A DNA stretch of 64,000 nt from an uncultured Ruficoccus sp. (GCA_965140785.1 OZ223481.1:608001-672000); one strand, 5' to 3'; shown: positions 27,941 to 39,600, counted from the stretch's first letter. Numbers and translations: made by a program. The notes: generated by a model not told the origin, from the letters alone.

Positions 27941-28927
27941 ATGAAGGTCATTTTTTGGGGCACCCAAGGGTCATTACCGGCAAGCGTGAACGAGAAAACC
28001 GTTCGCGAGAAGATTTTCATGGCCTTGCAGGCGGCCCAAGGGTACGAGCTGGGGTCGGCAGAGGCGATCAACCAGTTTATCGACAGTGAATTGCCCTTCG
28101 CCGTGCGCGGGACCTACGGGACGAATACCGCCTGCGTGCAACTGGATAACCCGGGGGGCGACTTTATCATCCTTGACGCGGGCTCCGGCCTGCGCGAGCT
28201 GGGGCTCTCGCTGGTGCGCGACGGGCGGGCCAAGGAGCCCTCGACCTACCACTTTGTGATGAGCCACCTGCACTGGGATCACCTCCAGGGCTTCCCGTTC
28301 TTCGTCCCGGCCTTCATTCCCGGCAACAAGATCGTCATCCACGCCTACCATCCGGAGACGGAGGCGTGTTTCCGCGAGCAGATGTCCGGACAGTTTTTTC
28401 CGATCCATTTTGACCAGTTAGCAGCGGACATCAGCTTTGAGATTCGGGAGCCGGACACACCTTTCGAGCTGGCAGGCTTCCAGGTCAGCAGCCGGGCCCA
28501 GAACCACCCCGGCATCTCCTACGGGTACCGGTTCGAGAAGGAGGGTAAATGCGTGGTGTACTCGACCGACTCCGAGCATAAACACGACGCCTACGAAAAG
28601 AATTACCCCTTCGTGGACTTTTTCCGAGGGGCGGATCTGCTGATTTTCGACGCCCAGTATACGATGGCCGACGCGACCTTTACCAAGGCCAACTGGGGGC
28701 ACTCGAGCAATGTCATGGGGGTGGAGTTGGCCGCCCGCTCAGGCGTGCGCAACCTGGTTATTTTCCACCATGAGCCGACCAGCAGCGACGCGGCACTGGA
28801 AGAATTTCTTTTCAACACCCGTATGTACTGCAATATATACCATCAGGAAACGGGCAGCAAACTCGGACACGAGCGTTACCCGGAACAAATTTTGCTCGCA
28901 TATGACGGGTTGGAGATGGAGATATAG
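27941..28927 (+). CDS. MBL-fold metallo-hydrolase
   Basis: FWGTQGS, DAGSG, SHLHWDHLQG, WGHS. Confidence 0.9.
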   Translation: MKVIFWGTQGSLPASVNEKTVREKIFMALQAAQGYELGSAEAINQFIDSELPFAVRGTYGTNTACVQLDNPGGDFIILDAGSGLRELGLSLVRDGRAKEPSTYHFVMSHLHWDHLQGFPFFVPAFIPGNKIVIHAYHPETEACFREQMSGQFFPIHFDQLAADISFEIREPDTPFELAGFQVSSRAQNHPGISYGYRFEKEGKCVVYSTDSEHKHDAYEKNYPFVDFFRGADLLIFDAQYTMADATFTKANWGHSSNVMGVELAARSGVRNLVIFHHEPTSSDAALEEFLFNTRMYCNIYHQETGSKLGHERYPEQILLAYDGLEMEI

Positions 28928-29617
28928 ATGGCAGGAAAGACTTTAGCAAATTTGGAACAAGAGACTGAAATTGAGGCGCTGCCGTACGCCACGAGCATTA
29001 CCAAAGCCGAAATCAACGACCTTCCACTCTTCCGCTATGAGGGGACAATCCACCTCATCGACAATGCTGAAGAGGCGCGCAAGGCTGTCAAAATCCTGAA
29101 GAACGAGCCGGTGCTGGGCTTCGACACCGAGTCGCGCCCGTCCTTCCGCAAGGGGGACCACTTCCTGCCGTCGCTGGTGCAGTTTGCCACCGTCGAGGAG
29201 GTTTACCTGTTCCAGATCGGGCAGTTTGACGGGATCGAGGTGCTCAAGCCCGTTCTCAGCAGCAAGTCCGTGGCCAAGGTCGGTGTCGCCCTGCACGACG
29301 ATGTGCGCCGCTTGCAGGAAATCGCCCCCTACAAGGACCGGGGCTTTGTGGAAATCGCCACCATGACCAAGCAGTTGGGCATCAAGAATACCGGTCTGCG
29401 TTCCCTGGCCGGTATTTTGCTGGACTTCCGCATCTCCAAAGGGGCCCAAGTCTCGAACTGGGCACGGACGAAGCTGACCCGTAGCCAGCTCACCTACGCG
29501 GCGACAGATGCCTGGGTCAGCCGGATGCTCTATGAGGCAGCCAGCGAGCTGGTCGAAACCTACGGTCAAGCGGTGAAACCGGCCTCGAAGGACAAAAAAG
29601 CCCGCCGGAAGGGTTGA
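28928..29617 (+). CDS. DEDDy 3'-5' exonuclease (RNase D/WRN-like)
   Basis: LGFDTE, SNW...L...QLTYAATDA. Confidence 0.88.
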   Translation: MAGKTLANLEQETEIEALPYATSITKAEINDLPLFRYEGTIHLIDNAEEARKAVKILKNEPVLGFDTESRPSFRKGDHFLPSLVQFATVEEVYLFQIGQFDGIEVLKPVLSSKSVAKVGVALHDDVRRLQEIAPYKDRGFVEIATMTKQLGIKNTGLRSLAGILLDFRISKGAQVSNWARTKLTRSQLTYAATDAWVSRMLYEAASELVETYGQAVKPASKDKKARRKG

Positions 29618-29665
29618 TTTTCAGCCCGGCGGATACACGCCGATTTCATTATTTGCCAACCCTGC

Positions 29666-31388
29666 TCAGGGCAGGTTGTCCTGGATTTTCTTGCGAACGC
29701 GCTTTTCCTGTTCTTCGAGCTGGAGTTGGCTCAAGGTGGACTGCCAGGTTTCGGCCTGAGAGGTTTCGCCGGTGCGGTGGGCGGTCTCGATAGCGGCGGC
29801 ATAGTAGGTGGTGAGGGCGGCTGGGGTATCCTCGGCCAGATCGATAAGATACTCGTATACGTCGAGGGCTTTCCGGCCTTCGCCCACCGATTCCAGGAAG
29901 GCTCCGATCTCGTAGTAGAGGCTCCACTGACTGACGCTCAGCTCCGGCTCGTCCAGCCAGGGTTCGAGCATTTCCATCGCCTTGTTATGGGAGCCGCGCA
30001 TCTGGTACTGGCGGGCCAGGGAAAAAGCCAGCGCGAGGCCGTGGAGCTTGCGGTTCTCCTCGATGCCATAGACGAAGGCGTCCTCGTACTGCTTGTCGGC
30101 GCGCATGAGCTTCATCTTGCGCAGGACGACGTACTGGGACAGCTCGTCCGGCTGGTTCTCCATCTGGCTGAGCTGGGCGTCGAGGTCGGTCTTGAAGGGC
30201 TGGTAGAGCGGGTCGCCGACGAAGACGGTCATCCAGCTCAGGACGGGTAGCGAATAGTAGGCGGCCTCGCCCGCGCACATACCGCGTACGGCCATGCCCT
30301 CCATAAAGAGATTGGGGCGGTGGGTCAGTTGCAGGTAGGGCTCGTAGAAATTTCCGACAGTGATGGCGGCTCCGCGGTCGATGAGCGGGCCTGTCCAGCG
30401 GTTCTGCGGGTGGCGCATGCCGGAGGCCGAGAAGCTGTGGATGTGAAACGCGATGGCACCGGGCGGGAAGCGGAAGTCCGGATCGGCAAAGACGCCGAAC
30501 GCATTCGTGCTCCACCAGCCGAAGTAAAAGGCGGCGGCATCGACGCGGTTTTTCCAGTTGATGAGTGGTTTTTCCTTGTCCCAGCTAACCGGGTAGCCCA
30601 GGCGTTCGATAAACTTGCCGGCCTGCTCGATCCACCGGTCACCGTCTCCGTGGGGGGCCGCCCATGTCGATGTAGCCGCGTCCGCGCAGGCCGAGGCGTT
30701 CACCTTCCAGGGCCGAGTCGATGCTGCGCTTGACCGCTTCGAAGCCGGGGCCGTCGAGCCGGGCCACTTTGACGATGGCCTCCTCGTTGATTTTGGGCAG
30801 GTTAAATTTGCCAAACAGAGGATTGGAGACGAAGCCGATGGTGGGCGTGTCATTTTGCATGAGCAGGCTCAGCTCACTGTCTACCGTGCCGCTGTTGACC
30901 CGGAATTCACGCTTGGAGGGGGGATTCTCGGCCCGTGCCAGGCGCGCGCTGTCCCGGCGGATGCCGGTCGGCAGTCGGCACAGGACGAGGAAGTCGATGT
31001 TGTTGCTGGCCAAGGCAGCCTGAATGCGTCCTTCGCTGTCCGTCTGGCTGCTGAGGGTGCCGCTGAGCCAGTCCTGCTCCACCAACTGGCGGCGGAGGGG
31101 GTTGTAAATCGTGGCGATAAAGTCGTCCCAACTGATCTGCTCTTCGGTTGTCGTCTCCAGTTCGATCAGGTTCTTCTCCGGGATGCCGCGCTGCTCCATG
31201 TAGTAGCGGGCTATTTGTTCGGAGACCGGATCGGCGGAGTTGGCGACCACGACCACGCGCTCGGGGGAGACGTCAGCCTGGGCGAGCGCGATTGAAAATA
31301 CCCACGCCAGCAAACCGATAATAAAGGACAATCCAAAACGGAGGTGAATGGGCGGGCAAATATGTCGGATGGGAGCGGTGCGCGTCAT
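29666..31388 (-). CDS. TIGR03790-family protein (single frameshift near 30655)
   Basis: VVVVANS...IARYY, VDSEL, VARLDGP, YFGW, PGAIAFHIHSFSA, EPYL, VGDPLYQPF; split at a G6 run; start uncertain. Confidence 0.75.
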
Positions 31389-31443
31389 GAGCAGGTCAGC
31401 TAAAGGCGAGGATTGCGATGGAAGATTTTTTGAAGACTCCGCC

Positions 31444-31818
31444 CTAAACCCGGGCAGTCAGTCCGGCGAGTTTGAGGCCGACGACGACCGCGATCAGCGT
31501 CAGGATGAGGTTCAGAGCAATGTTGGCGATTGCGCCGAAGGTGTTGCCCTCCTTGAACAGGGCGATGGTCTGGTAGCTGAAGGTGGAGAAAGTGGTCAGT
31601 GCGCCGCAGAAACCGGTCGTCAGCATGATACGCAGGTTCGGGCTGAGGTGGTGAAAGGCCTCCAGACCGAAAATAAAGCCGATGAGGAGGGAGCCGAGCA
31701 CGTTGACCACGAGGGTCGCCCACGGGTACTCGGTGGGAATCCAGATGCCGATAACCGCGCGGCAGACGGCCCCGAGGGCGCCGCCCAGGGCGATCCAGAT
31801 GAAATGCACGGCATTCAC
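31444..31818 (-). CDS. crcB: Fluoride efflux channel Fluc
   Basis: GGALGAVCR, PWATLVVN, TGFCGALTTFSTF. Confidence 0.92.
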   Translation of the reverse strand: MNAVHFIWIALGGALGAVCRAVIGIWIPTEYPWATLVVNVLGSLLIGFIFGLEAFHHLSPNLRIMLTTGFCGALTTFSTFSYQTIALFKEGNTFGAIANIALNLILTLIAVVVGLKLAGLTARV

Positions 31819-31828
31819 GACGACAAAC

Positions 31829-32845
31829 TTATCCCTTCCCGCGAAGGATATTGAGCTTCTTCTGGTACAGCAGGATGCCTTCCACCAGCGCGTCGGCAAG
31901 TTTATCCCGCGCCTCGGCGGTTTTGAGGCGCTCGGCCTCGGTGGGATTGGAGAGGAAGCCGCCCTCGACGAGGACGCCGGGGCAGTTCAGGTCGCGCAGC
32001 ACGGCGAAGCGGGCGCGCTTGAGCCCGCGGTCGGTTACGCCGAGATTGCGGACCATGGAGGTTTGCAGGTAGTAGGCTGCCAGGACGTTCCAGGTGTCGT
32101 TTTTATTACCCGGATAGCTCTTGCGGGCCGAGGCGGTGAGGGAGGAACTGCTGGTCGAAGGCTGGTAGGGCGGAGTCATGGCAAAGGTTTCCACCCCGCT
32201 GACCCGGGAGTCGCCCACCGAGTTAAAATGCAGGCTAATGAAGAAGTCGGCATCGACGCGGTTGGCGATGGCGGGGCGGCCTTCGAGCGGAATAAAAGTA
32301 TCCGTTTCGCGCGTGAGGTGGACCCGGTAGCCATAGGTTTCGAGCTTGCGCTTGAGGCGCTGGGCCACATCGAGGGTGAGGGTCTTCTCGTTCACGCCCC
32401 GGTACTTGTTTTGGGCGCCGGGGTCCTTGCCGCCGTGGCCGGGATCGATGACGATACGGTAGAGCTTGGGAACGGGCTCGAACTGCGTCGGCGTCAGCAG
32501 CGGGCGGATGGTGGCGTCGTAGTCGCGTTTGGCCATCATCAGCTGCCCGCGGTTGGAGGCCACGGGGAAACCGAGGTAGATGCGCTCGCCGTTGAGGGTG
32601 AGCCAACGCTTGTGAAGGGTGAAGCCGATCGCCGTCCACTGGCTTTTCAACTGGAGCTCCTCGCCGCTTTTGATCCAGTTGGTGCCCATGCCGAGCTGGC
32701 TGGCGATGGTGTCCAGCGAGAGGTAAGTGGTGCCGTTGATGGTGGCCTGAGCGGCGTTCGCCCTGGGCAGCAGGGGGCCTACGATCAGGGAAAGCAACAG
32801 CAGGAGCAGAACCGGGGGCCGGGAGCGTGTAGGCAGTTTACTCAT
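31829..32845 (-). CDS. N-acetylmuramoyl-L-alanine amidase (Amidase_3)
   Basis: VIDPGHGGKDPGA, EK, ISLHFN, LVEGGFLSN. Confidence 0.92.
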   Translation of the reverse strand: MSKLPTRSRPPVLLLLLLSLIVGPLLPRANAAQATINGTTYLSLDTIASQLGMGTNWIKSGEELQLKSQWTAIGFTLHKRWLTLNGERIYLGFPVASNRGQLMMAKRDYDATIRPLLTPTQFEPVPKLYRIVIDPGHGGKDPGAQNKYRGVNEKTLTLDVAQRLKRKLETYGYRVHLTRETDTFIPLEGRPAIANRVDADFFISLHFNSVGDSRVSGVETFAMTPPYQPSTSSSSLTASARKSYPGNKNDTWNVLAAYYLQTSMVRNLGVTDRGLKRARFAVLRDLNCPGVLVEGGFLSNPTEAERLKTAEARDKLADALVEGILLYQKKLNILRGKG

Positions 32846-32979
32846 GTCACAGTCGGGGCCGTATTGTTGCCACGTCCACCGGCCCGAGCCGAGACAATTT
32901 CGTGCCCGCCGGGCGGTTCACGGATTGCAAACGGCTGTAGCACCCGGTGCGGGTGCGTTAACTCCGGGGCCGGGAACGA

Positions 32980-33633
32980 TTATTCCTCGGTGTCGTCCTC
33001 ATCCTCGTCGTCGTCGTCATCGTCGATGTCGACGTTGTACTTGAGCTTGCGCTTGTTCGCAGGCAAGGGCGACATGGTGAGCGTAATGTTCCGGCCGACG
33101 AGCTTGGCAGGCGCATCGGGGTTGGCGATGTGCGAGAGATCCTCTACGGCGCGCTTGATTACGTCAAAGCCCAAGTCCTTATGTTCCATTTCACGTCCAC
33201 GGAACATGAGGGTCATCTTGAGCTTGGAGCCCTTGGCCAGGAATTTCTCCCCGCGCTTGATCTTGGTCATGTAGTCATGCTCCTCGATGCGGACGCGGAA
33301 CTTGACCTCCTTGAGCTTGCTGGAGGAGTTGTTGGACTTGGCCTTGCTCTCCTTCTCCTTCTTGCTCTGCTCGTACATGTACTTGCCGTAGTCGAGAATA
33401 CGGCAGACCGGCGGGCGGGCAGAGGGGGAGATCTCGATCAGGTCGAGCCCGTTGTTCTGGGCAAGAGCGAGGGCTTCACGCGTCTGCATGACCCCGATCT
33501 GCTTGCCATCGGGGCCGATGACACGAATTTCCGGTACACGGATGCGCTCGTTTTTACGAGGTCCCCGGTTGTGGTTATGGCGGCGGCGTCCACCTGGACG
33601 GCGACCACCTCCTGAAAACGGCATGTTACCCAT
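32980..33633 (-). CDS. infC: Translation initiation factor IF-3
   Basis: [38 protein letters not shown]. Confidence 0.95.
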   Translation of the reverse strand: MGNMPFSGGGRRPGGRRRHNHNRGPRKNERIRVPEIRVIGPDGKQIGVMQTREALALAQNNGLDLIEISPSARPPVCRILDYGKYMYEQSKKEKESKAKSNNSSSKLKEVKFRVRIEEHDYMTKIKRGEKFLAKGSKLKMTLMFRGREMEHKDLGFDVIKRAVEDLSHIANPDAPAKLVGRNITLTMSPLPANKRKLKYNVDIDDDDDDEDEDDTEE

Positions 33634-33891
33634 TACGAATCGAGTTGCCGTGAAGACGCGGCAGGCCCTTCACAAGTGGGCGCGGGGTCTGTGATGTGTG
33701 GAACCTTGTTGTTCAGCATAAATTGAATCAAATACGAAACTAAGCACAGAGTGTGCAACTTTCAATACTTTTTCCCGGAGCGTTTGGTAACAAAATCATG
33801 GCGGGCAAGGGGACCGGCTCGCCGTCCTCGAGAACGGCGCGGAACCGGTGTGCGCGGCAGAGGATTTATATCCGGTGGCTCTGAGGCGGGC

Positions 33892-35064
33892 TCAGGCGTC
33901 TAGGGGGGCGTCCACCTCCACGTCGGCCTCGTAATCCACGCCTTCGTAGCCGAAGCCGAAGAGCTTGAGGAAGTCGCTCTGGTACCCGGCGAAGTCGGAA
34001 ACGGTTTCGAGGTTTTCCGTGGTGACGGTCGGCCAGACGGCCTGGACGGCTTCCTGCACCTCGGGCTTCATCTCCCAGTCGTCGAGGCGGATGCGGTTCT
34101 CCGCGTCGGTCTCGGGCTGGCCGTTGCGATACTTTTGGGCGAAGAGGCGGACCATCTGCTCGATGCAGCCCTCGTGCAGGCCCTTTTCCTTCATCACCTT
34201 GAACAGGATCGAGACGTAGAGCGGGACGACCGGGATGGCCGAGCTGGCCTGGGTGACGACGGCCTTGTTGATGGCGACCCAGGCGGGGATGCCTTTTTCA
34301 GTCAGGGTGCCGGCGGTGTTTTCGAGATGTTCCTTGGCTTTGCCGATGGTGCCGCTGCGGTAGATCGGATGGGTGACTTCCGGTCCGATGTAGGAATAGG
34401 CGAGGGTGGCAGCGCCGTCGGCGAGCACGCCGGCTTCCTTCAGGGCGTCCATCCACAGGACCCAGTCTTCGCCGCCCATGACCTTAACTGTGTCGGCGAT
34501 TTCCTCCTCGGAGGCCGGTTCGATGACCTGCTCGCCGATGAGTTTTTTATCGGTGTCGAGGGTCTTGGCGGTAAAGGGGAAGCCCACGGGCTTGAGGACG
34601 GACTTGTAAATCTCGTCCGTGTCGGGGTCGGTGCGGCGGGGGGAGGCCAGGCTGTAAATGACCAGATCGACCTGCCCGAGCTTTTCGCGGATCATGTCGA
34701 TGGCCTTCTGCTTGATCTCATGGGAAAAGGCGTCGCCGTTGATGTTGCCGGCGAAGAGGCCCTTGGCCTCGGCGGCCTCGGTGAAGGCGGCGGTGTTGTA
34801 CCAGCCAGCGCTGGCGGGGCGGCCATTGGAGCTGGGACGCTCGAAGAACACCCCGACCGTGTCCGCGCCGAAGCCGAAGGCCGACACGATGCGCGAGGAA
34901 AGTCCGTAACCGGTGGAGGAGCCCACGACCAGCACGCGCTTGGGGCCGCCCTCGATGGCGCCCTGGCTGACGACGTGATCGATCTCTTCCTGCACGTGTG
35001 CGGCGCAACCGGCGGGGTGAGAGGTGATGCAGACAAATCCGCGTATTTTCGGCTTAATGACCAT
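33892..35064 (-). CDS. fabV: Enoyl-ACP reductase FabV
   Basis: IKPKIRGFVCITSHP, GSSTGYGLS, YSLASPRR, VMGGEDW. Confidence 0.93.
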   Translation of the reverse strand: MVIKPKIRGFVCITSHPAGCAAHVQEEIDHVVSQGAIEGGPKRVLVVGSSTGYGLSSRIVSAFGFGADTVGVFFERPSSNGRPASAGWYNTAAFTEAAEAKGLFAGNINGDAFSHEIKQKAIDMIREKLGQVDLVIYSLASPRRTDPDTDEIYKSVLKPVGFPFTAKTLDTDKKLIGEQVIEPASEEEIADTVKVMGGEDWVLWMDALKEAGVLADGAATLAYSYIGPEVTHPIYRSGTIGKAKEHLENTAGTLTEKGIPAWVAINKAVVTQASSAIPVVPLYVSILFKVMKEKGLHEGCIEQMVRLFAQKYRNGQPETDAENRIRLDDWEMKPEVQEAVQAVWPTVTTENLETVSDFAGYQSDFLKLFGFGYEGVDYEADVEVDAPLDA

Positions 35065-35171
35065 GGGGCGCAGTAAACCACTATTTACCCGGGGTAATCA
35101 CGCCTTTTTTTCCGGGACGTGACTAAAAAAGCCGTGCCCTCCCCCCCGGCTGCCGCCATGCTCCTGACTCC

Positions 35172-35831
35172 ATGGCAAGCCTGCAAGGAGCACTTTTTGA
35201 CTGGGACGGGGTCGTTATCGACTCGTCCGCCGCCCACGAACGGAGCTGGGACCTCCTGGCCGAGGAGGAAAAACGCCCGTTGCCGCCGGGGCACTTCAAG
35301 CGCGGATTCGGGCGCAAAAACACCGTCATCATCCCCGACATCCTCGGGTGGACGAGCGACCCGAAGGAGATCGCCCGCCTCGACGCCCGCAAGGAGGAGC
35401 TCTACCGCGAGATCATCCGCGAGCGAGGGATCGAGCCGCTGCCCGGCGTGCGGGAGCTGCTCCAGGGGCTGAAGGAGGCGGGCATTCCGTGTTGCGTCGG
35501 CACCTCCTCCTCGCGCGAGAATATCGAGACGATCATGGACATCGCCGACCTGCGGGAGTTTTTTGCCGACATCACCAGTGCCGAGGACGTCTCCCAGGGC
35601 AAGCCGGACCCGGAGGTCTTCGTCAAGGCGGCGCAGAAAATCCACCGCCAGCCGGAGGACTGCGTGGTCTTCGAGGACGCCATCCACGGCATCGAGGCCG
35701 GGCTGGCGGGTGGCATGAAAGTCGTGGCCGTCGCCACCACGAACAAACTCGAAGACCTCGGCATCGCCGATCTCGCCGTTGATCGCCTGACCGAGGTGGA
35801 TGTGGCGCGGTTACGCGAACTGTTTCAGTAA
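35172..35831 (+). CDS. HAD-family phosphatase
   Basis: FDWDGV, GKPDPE, VFEDA. Confidence 0.9.
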   Translation: MASLQGALFDWDGVVIDSSAAHERSWDLLAEEEKRPLPPGHFKRGFGRKNTVIIPDILGWTSDPKEIARLDARKEELYREIIRERGIEPLPGVRELLQGLKEAGIPCCVGTSSSRENIETIMDIADLREFFADITSAEDVSQGKPDPEVFVKAAQKIHRQPEDCVVFEDAIHGIEAGLAGGMKVVAVATTNKLEDLGIADLAVDRLTEVDVARLRELFQ

Positions 35832-35840
35832 GGGAGAATC

Positions 35841-36713
35841 TCAGACCAGCGGCTTGCCCTTTTTCCTCCGCCTGCGCAGGTCGCGCAACATCAGGCTCAG
35901 GAACAGGCCCCGGACGGCGAGCGGGAGGAGGCGGTTCATGAAGCCGAAGAACCGCATCAGCCGGTCGAAGTGTCTCTGTCGGCGTGCGTCCCAGGGCAGG
36001 CGCATTTTTTCTCGCACCTGAGGCGGGAGGAAGCCGGTCGTGACGAAGCGGTTGAAGCGCCCGAAAAGCCCGCTCAGAGGCCTTCCGAGAAACTCCAGCC
36101 CGGCGATGCGCAGGAGAAAGGCGCGCAGGGTCTCGTCGATAGTAAAGGCATTCAGGTTTTTTTCCCAGTAGGCCTCGAAGGCGTCCAGACTCGGGTGCCA
36201 GCGCTCCGGCGGCACTTGTAAGGTGGTGGCCAGGGGTTCGGACATTTTTAATAGCTTTTCGGTGTCGGCGCGGCTGGGCTCGCCGCGCAGCTTGCTCCAG
36301 ACATCGCGGAAGCCGTAGTACAGGCAGCTCGCCACCCACAATTGCAGTTCCGGGTCGAAGGCGTTGTAGCGCACGGGGGACTTTTCGGTGGAGCGCACCT
36401 GCTCGTGCGAGCGGTCCACGGCGGCGCGGTAGGCGAGTTTTTCCTCCGCCGTACCGGCCATGGCCACGGCCAGATAGGTAAAGGTCGTCCGCCCGCGCTT
36501 GTAGGGGTGGACGAAGACGTTGCCACTGCGCACGGTGCTTTCCTTGACCCCGTAGCCGACTGCGGGGTTGGAGAGTTGGAGGATGATGTTGGCCGCCCCC
36601 GAGAGCGTCGAGACGTTGTCGAAGAGGCCGGGGAAATGCCGCTCCCACTCCTGCAGGCTCGGCGAGTCGCCAGGCTGGTGAAGGTCGGCGGGGTGCGGTC
36701 CGGCGTCGTTCAT
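35841..36713 (-). CDS. Oxygenase MpaB/DUF2236-family protein
   Basis: ILQLSNPAVGYGV, RGRTTFTY, YNAFDPELQLWV. Confidence 0.82.
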   Translation of the reverse strand: MNDAGPHPADLHQPGDSPSLQEWERHFPGLFDNVSTLSGAANIILQLSNPAVGYGVKESTVRSGNVFVHPYKRGRTTFTYLAVAMAGTAEEKLAYRAAVDRSHEQVRSTEKSPVRYNAFDPELQLWVASCLYYGFRDVWSKLRGEPSRADTEKLLKMSEPLATTLQVPPERWHPSLDAFEAYWEKNLNAFTIDETLRAFLLRIAGLEFLGRPLSGLFGRFNRFVTTGFLPPQVREKMRLPWDARRQRHFDRLMRFFGFMNRLLPLAVRGLFLSLMLRDLRRRRKKGKPLV

Positions 36714-36852
36714 GGTTGGTTGCTGTTGTCGGGGAGGGCTTGCGGATGGGCGGACCCGAGTAGGGAAAGCGTAAGGCGGGAGGCGGGGCGGATTCAACCT
36801 TCGTTTGGGGATGCTGACTTGCGGCGGGGCGGAGTTGGCTGCATGGTAGGGC

Positions 36853-38895
36853 GTGCGTTTTGAACTGGCATCCGAGTATCAGCCGATGGGCGACCAGCCG
36901 GCGGCTATTGACAAGCTCACCCGCTCGATCCAGGCGGGCAACCCCTATCAGACGCTGCTCGGGGTGACCGGCTCGGGAAAGACCTTTACCGTGGCCAATG
37001 TGATTGAGCGCGTCCAGCGGCCCACGCTGCTGATCTCGCACAACAAGACCCTGGCCGCGCAGCTGTACTCCGAGCTGAAGGCGTTCTTTCCCAATAACGC
37101 GGTCGAGTACTTCGTCAGCTATTACGACTACTACCAGCCCGAAGCCTACGTGCCCTCGAGCGACACGTATATCGAAAAGGATTCCTCCATCAACGAGGAG
37201 ATCGAGCGCCTGCGCATCGCCGCGACCAGCTCCCTCATCAGCCGCCGCGACGTGATCGTGGTGGCGAGCGTCTCGTGTATTTACGGCCTGGGCTCGCCGG
37301 AGGATTTTGAGGAGATGATGATTCCGATCCGCGTGGGCGAGGAGCTCGGGCGCGACCACTTCCTGGAGCGGCTGGTGGAGAATCTCTACACGCGCAACGA
37401 TGTCGTTCTGTCGCGGGGAAACTTCCGCGTGCGCGGCGAGGTGGTGGATGTTTTTCCGGCCTACATGGAGAGCGCCATCCGGATCGAGTTCTGGGGCGAC
37501 GAGGTGGAGTCGGTTTCTGCGCTGGACCCGCTCACGGGCGATACCGGCGAGCGGATGGAGCACTTCCAGCTCTACCCGGCCAACCAGTACATCACGCCGC
37601 GCCGCAAGCTCGAAACCGCCGTCAAGGCCATCCGCGCGGAGTTGGACGGGCGGATTGACCGAGCTGGAGAAAACCCAGAGGCTGGTCGAGGCGCAGCGCC
37701 TGCGTATGCGCACCGAGTACGATATCGAGCTGTTGCAGGAGATGGGCTTTTGCAGTGGGATCGAGAACTACTCGCGCCACCTCAGTGGGCGTAATCCCGG
37801 CGACCGACCCTGGTGCCTGATCGACTTTTTCCCGGACGACTTTCTACTCGTGCTCGATGAAAGCCACGCCACCTGGCCGCAGATCGGCGCGATGTACAAG
37901 GGCGACCGTTCGCGCAAGGAGCGGCTGGTCGAGTACGGGTTTCGGCTGCCCTCGGCGCTGGACAACCGCCCTTTGCAGGACAGCGGAATTTCAGGAGGTG
38001 ACCGGACAGACCATTTTTGTCTCGGCCACGCCCGCTGCTTACGAGCTGGAAAACTCCAGCGTCATCGCCGAGCAGGTGATCCGCCCCACCGGCCTGCTTG
38101 ATCCCGGTGATGGAGGTCCGCCCGATCAAGGGCCAGGTCGAGCATCTCATCGGCGAGGTGAAAAATGCCGTCCGAACGGGGCGAGCGCGTGCTCGTGACG
38201 ACGCTGACCAAGCGCATGTCCGAGGACTTGACCACGTATTTGCGTGAATCCGGGGTGCGCGTGGAGTACCTGCACTCGGATATTGACGCGATCGAGCGGG
38301 TGGAGATTTTACGCAATTTGCGGCGGGGGGACTTCGACGTGTTGGTGGGGGTCAACCTCCTGCGCGAGGGGCTCGACTTGCCCGAGGTTTCGCTGGTGGC
38401 GATTCTCGATGCGGACAAGGAAGGCTTCCTGCGCAGTCGAGACGAGTCTGATTCAGACCTGCCGGTCGGGCGGCCCGCCATGAAAAGAGGCCGAGTGATT
38501 CTCTACGCCAATGTGATGAACGACTCCCTGCGGCGTACCCTGGAGGTGACAGAGAAAGCGCCGGGCTAGACAGGCTGCTTACAATGCCGAGCACGGTATT
38601 ACACCGCGGTCAGTTAAACGCGGCCTTCAGGCCAGCCTTGCATGTGCCCGGGGGCAAGGGCGAAGACGTTGACGTGGTCAATGTGGCGGAGGCCGGTGGC
38701 GACGAGGACGTGGCCGTGGTGCTGGCGGAGCTGGAGACCGAGATGCTGGAGGCGGCCGGGAATCTGGAGTTTGAGCGTGCCGCCGTGCTGCGTGACCAGA
38801 TTGACGCGCTCAAAAGCGGGGAGGCCAAGGGCGGCTTCTCCAAAAAGCGTCGGAAGTCTTCCTCGCGCGGTAAAAGATCTTCCAGGAAACGCTAG
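36853..38895 (+). CDS. uvrB: Excinuclease ABC subunit B (several frameshifts)
   Basis: [58 protein letters not shown] spread over several frames. Confidence 0.92.
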
Positions 38896-38957
38896 TTATT
38901 TGTGGCCAAGGAGTTGTCTTTGAGGAACATGCCTTCCTGCTGGCAATCAGCTTGGAT

Positions 38958-38996
38958 AAAAAAAAACAGGCGGACAAATGAATTGTCCGCCTGTTT
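38958..38996. terminator. Intrinsic terminator (T-tract on the minus strand)
   Basis: A-run then CAGGCGGACAA-atgaa-TTGTCCGCCTG. Confidence 0.75.
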
Positions 38997-39220
38997 GCTG
39001 ATCAAAAACAGAAAGCCTGTTTTTCAACAGATAGAAAATCGGTGTAGTGGAAGGCGTTTTGGCCGGAAACGGGCTCAAATCGCCTTGGCTCTAACTGGAC
39101 TCCATCGCGCACGCAAACGATGGACCCAATTATGTTGTTACCCTTTCGGGCTTGGTAATAGCGCAACCTGATTCGAGAATGCCAGTTGCGATATTGGTGA
39201 TAAACTCGCCTTAACGAGTG

Positions 39221-39433
39221 CTATTTTTTGCGGGCTGTCTTAAACGCTGCTGCTGGTTCGCTAGCAACGATGCCGTCCGCGAGTCTTTCGAGGTGAGTCG
39301 CAATGAAGTTGGAACGATTGCGATTCTCCTCATCCGCGAGCTTGTCGATACGCTCGACCAAGTTCTGCGGTAGACTGATGGAGATTTGAGTTTTTCCGGG
39401 CGCACGCCCGTGGTTTTGTTTTCTTTGTGCCAT
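39221..39433 (-). CDS. Ribbon-helix-helix (CopG-like) protein
   Basis: TQISISLPQNLVERIDKLADEENRNRSNFI. Confidence 0.8.
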   Translation of the reverse strand: MAQRKQNHGRAPGKTQISISLPQNLVERIDKLADEENRNRSNFIATHLERLADGIVASEPAAAFKTARKK

Positions 39434-39600
39434 ATGCAGTGTGCTTATTGATAAACCTTTATCTATTATACCGGCGGAAATGATTTTCAACAAAAATATC
39501 ATTCCTGTCGTATCTAATAGGATACGGGTTATCGCGGAATGTTCCGATTGCCATTCAACTGATGCTTACATCGGTAAGCATCAGTACGGACAGTTTATAA

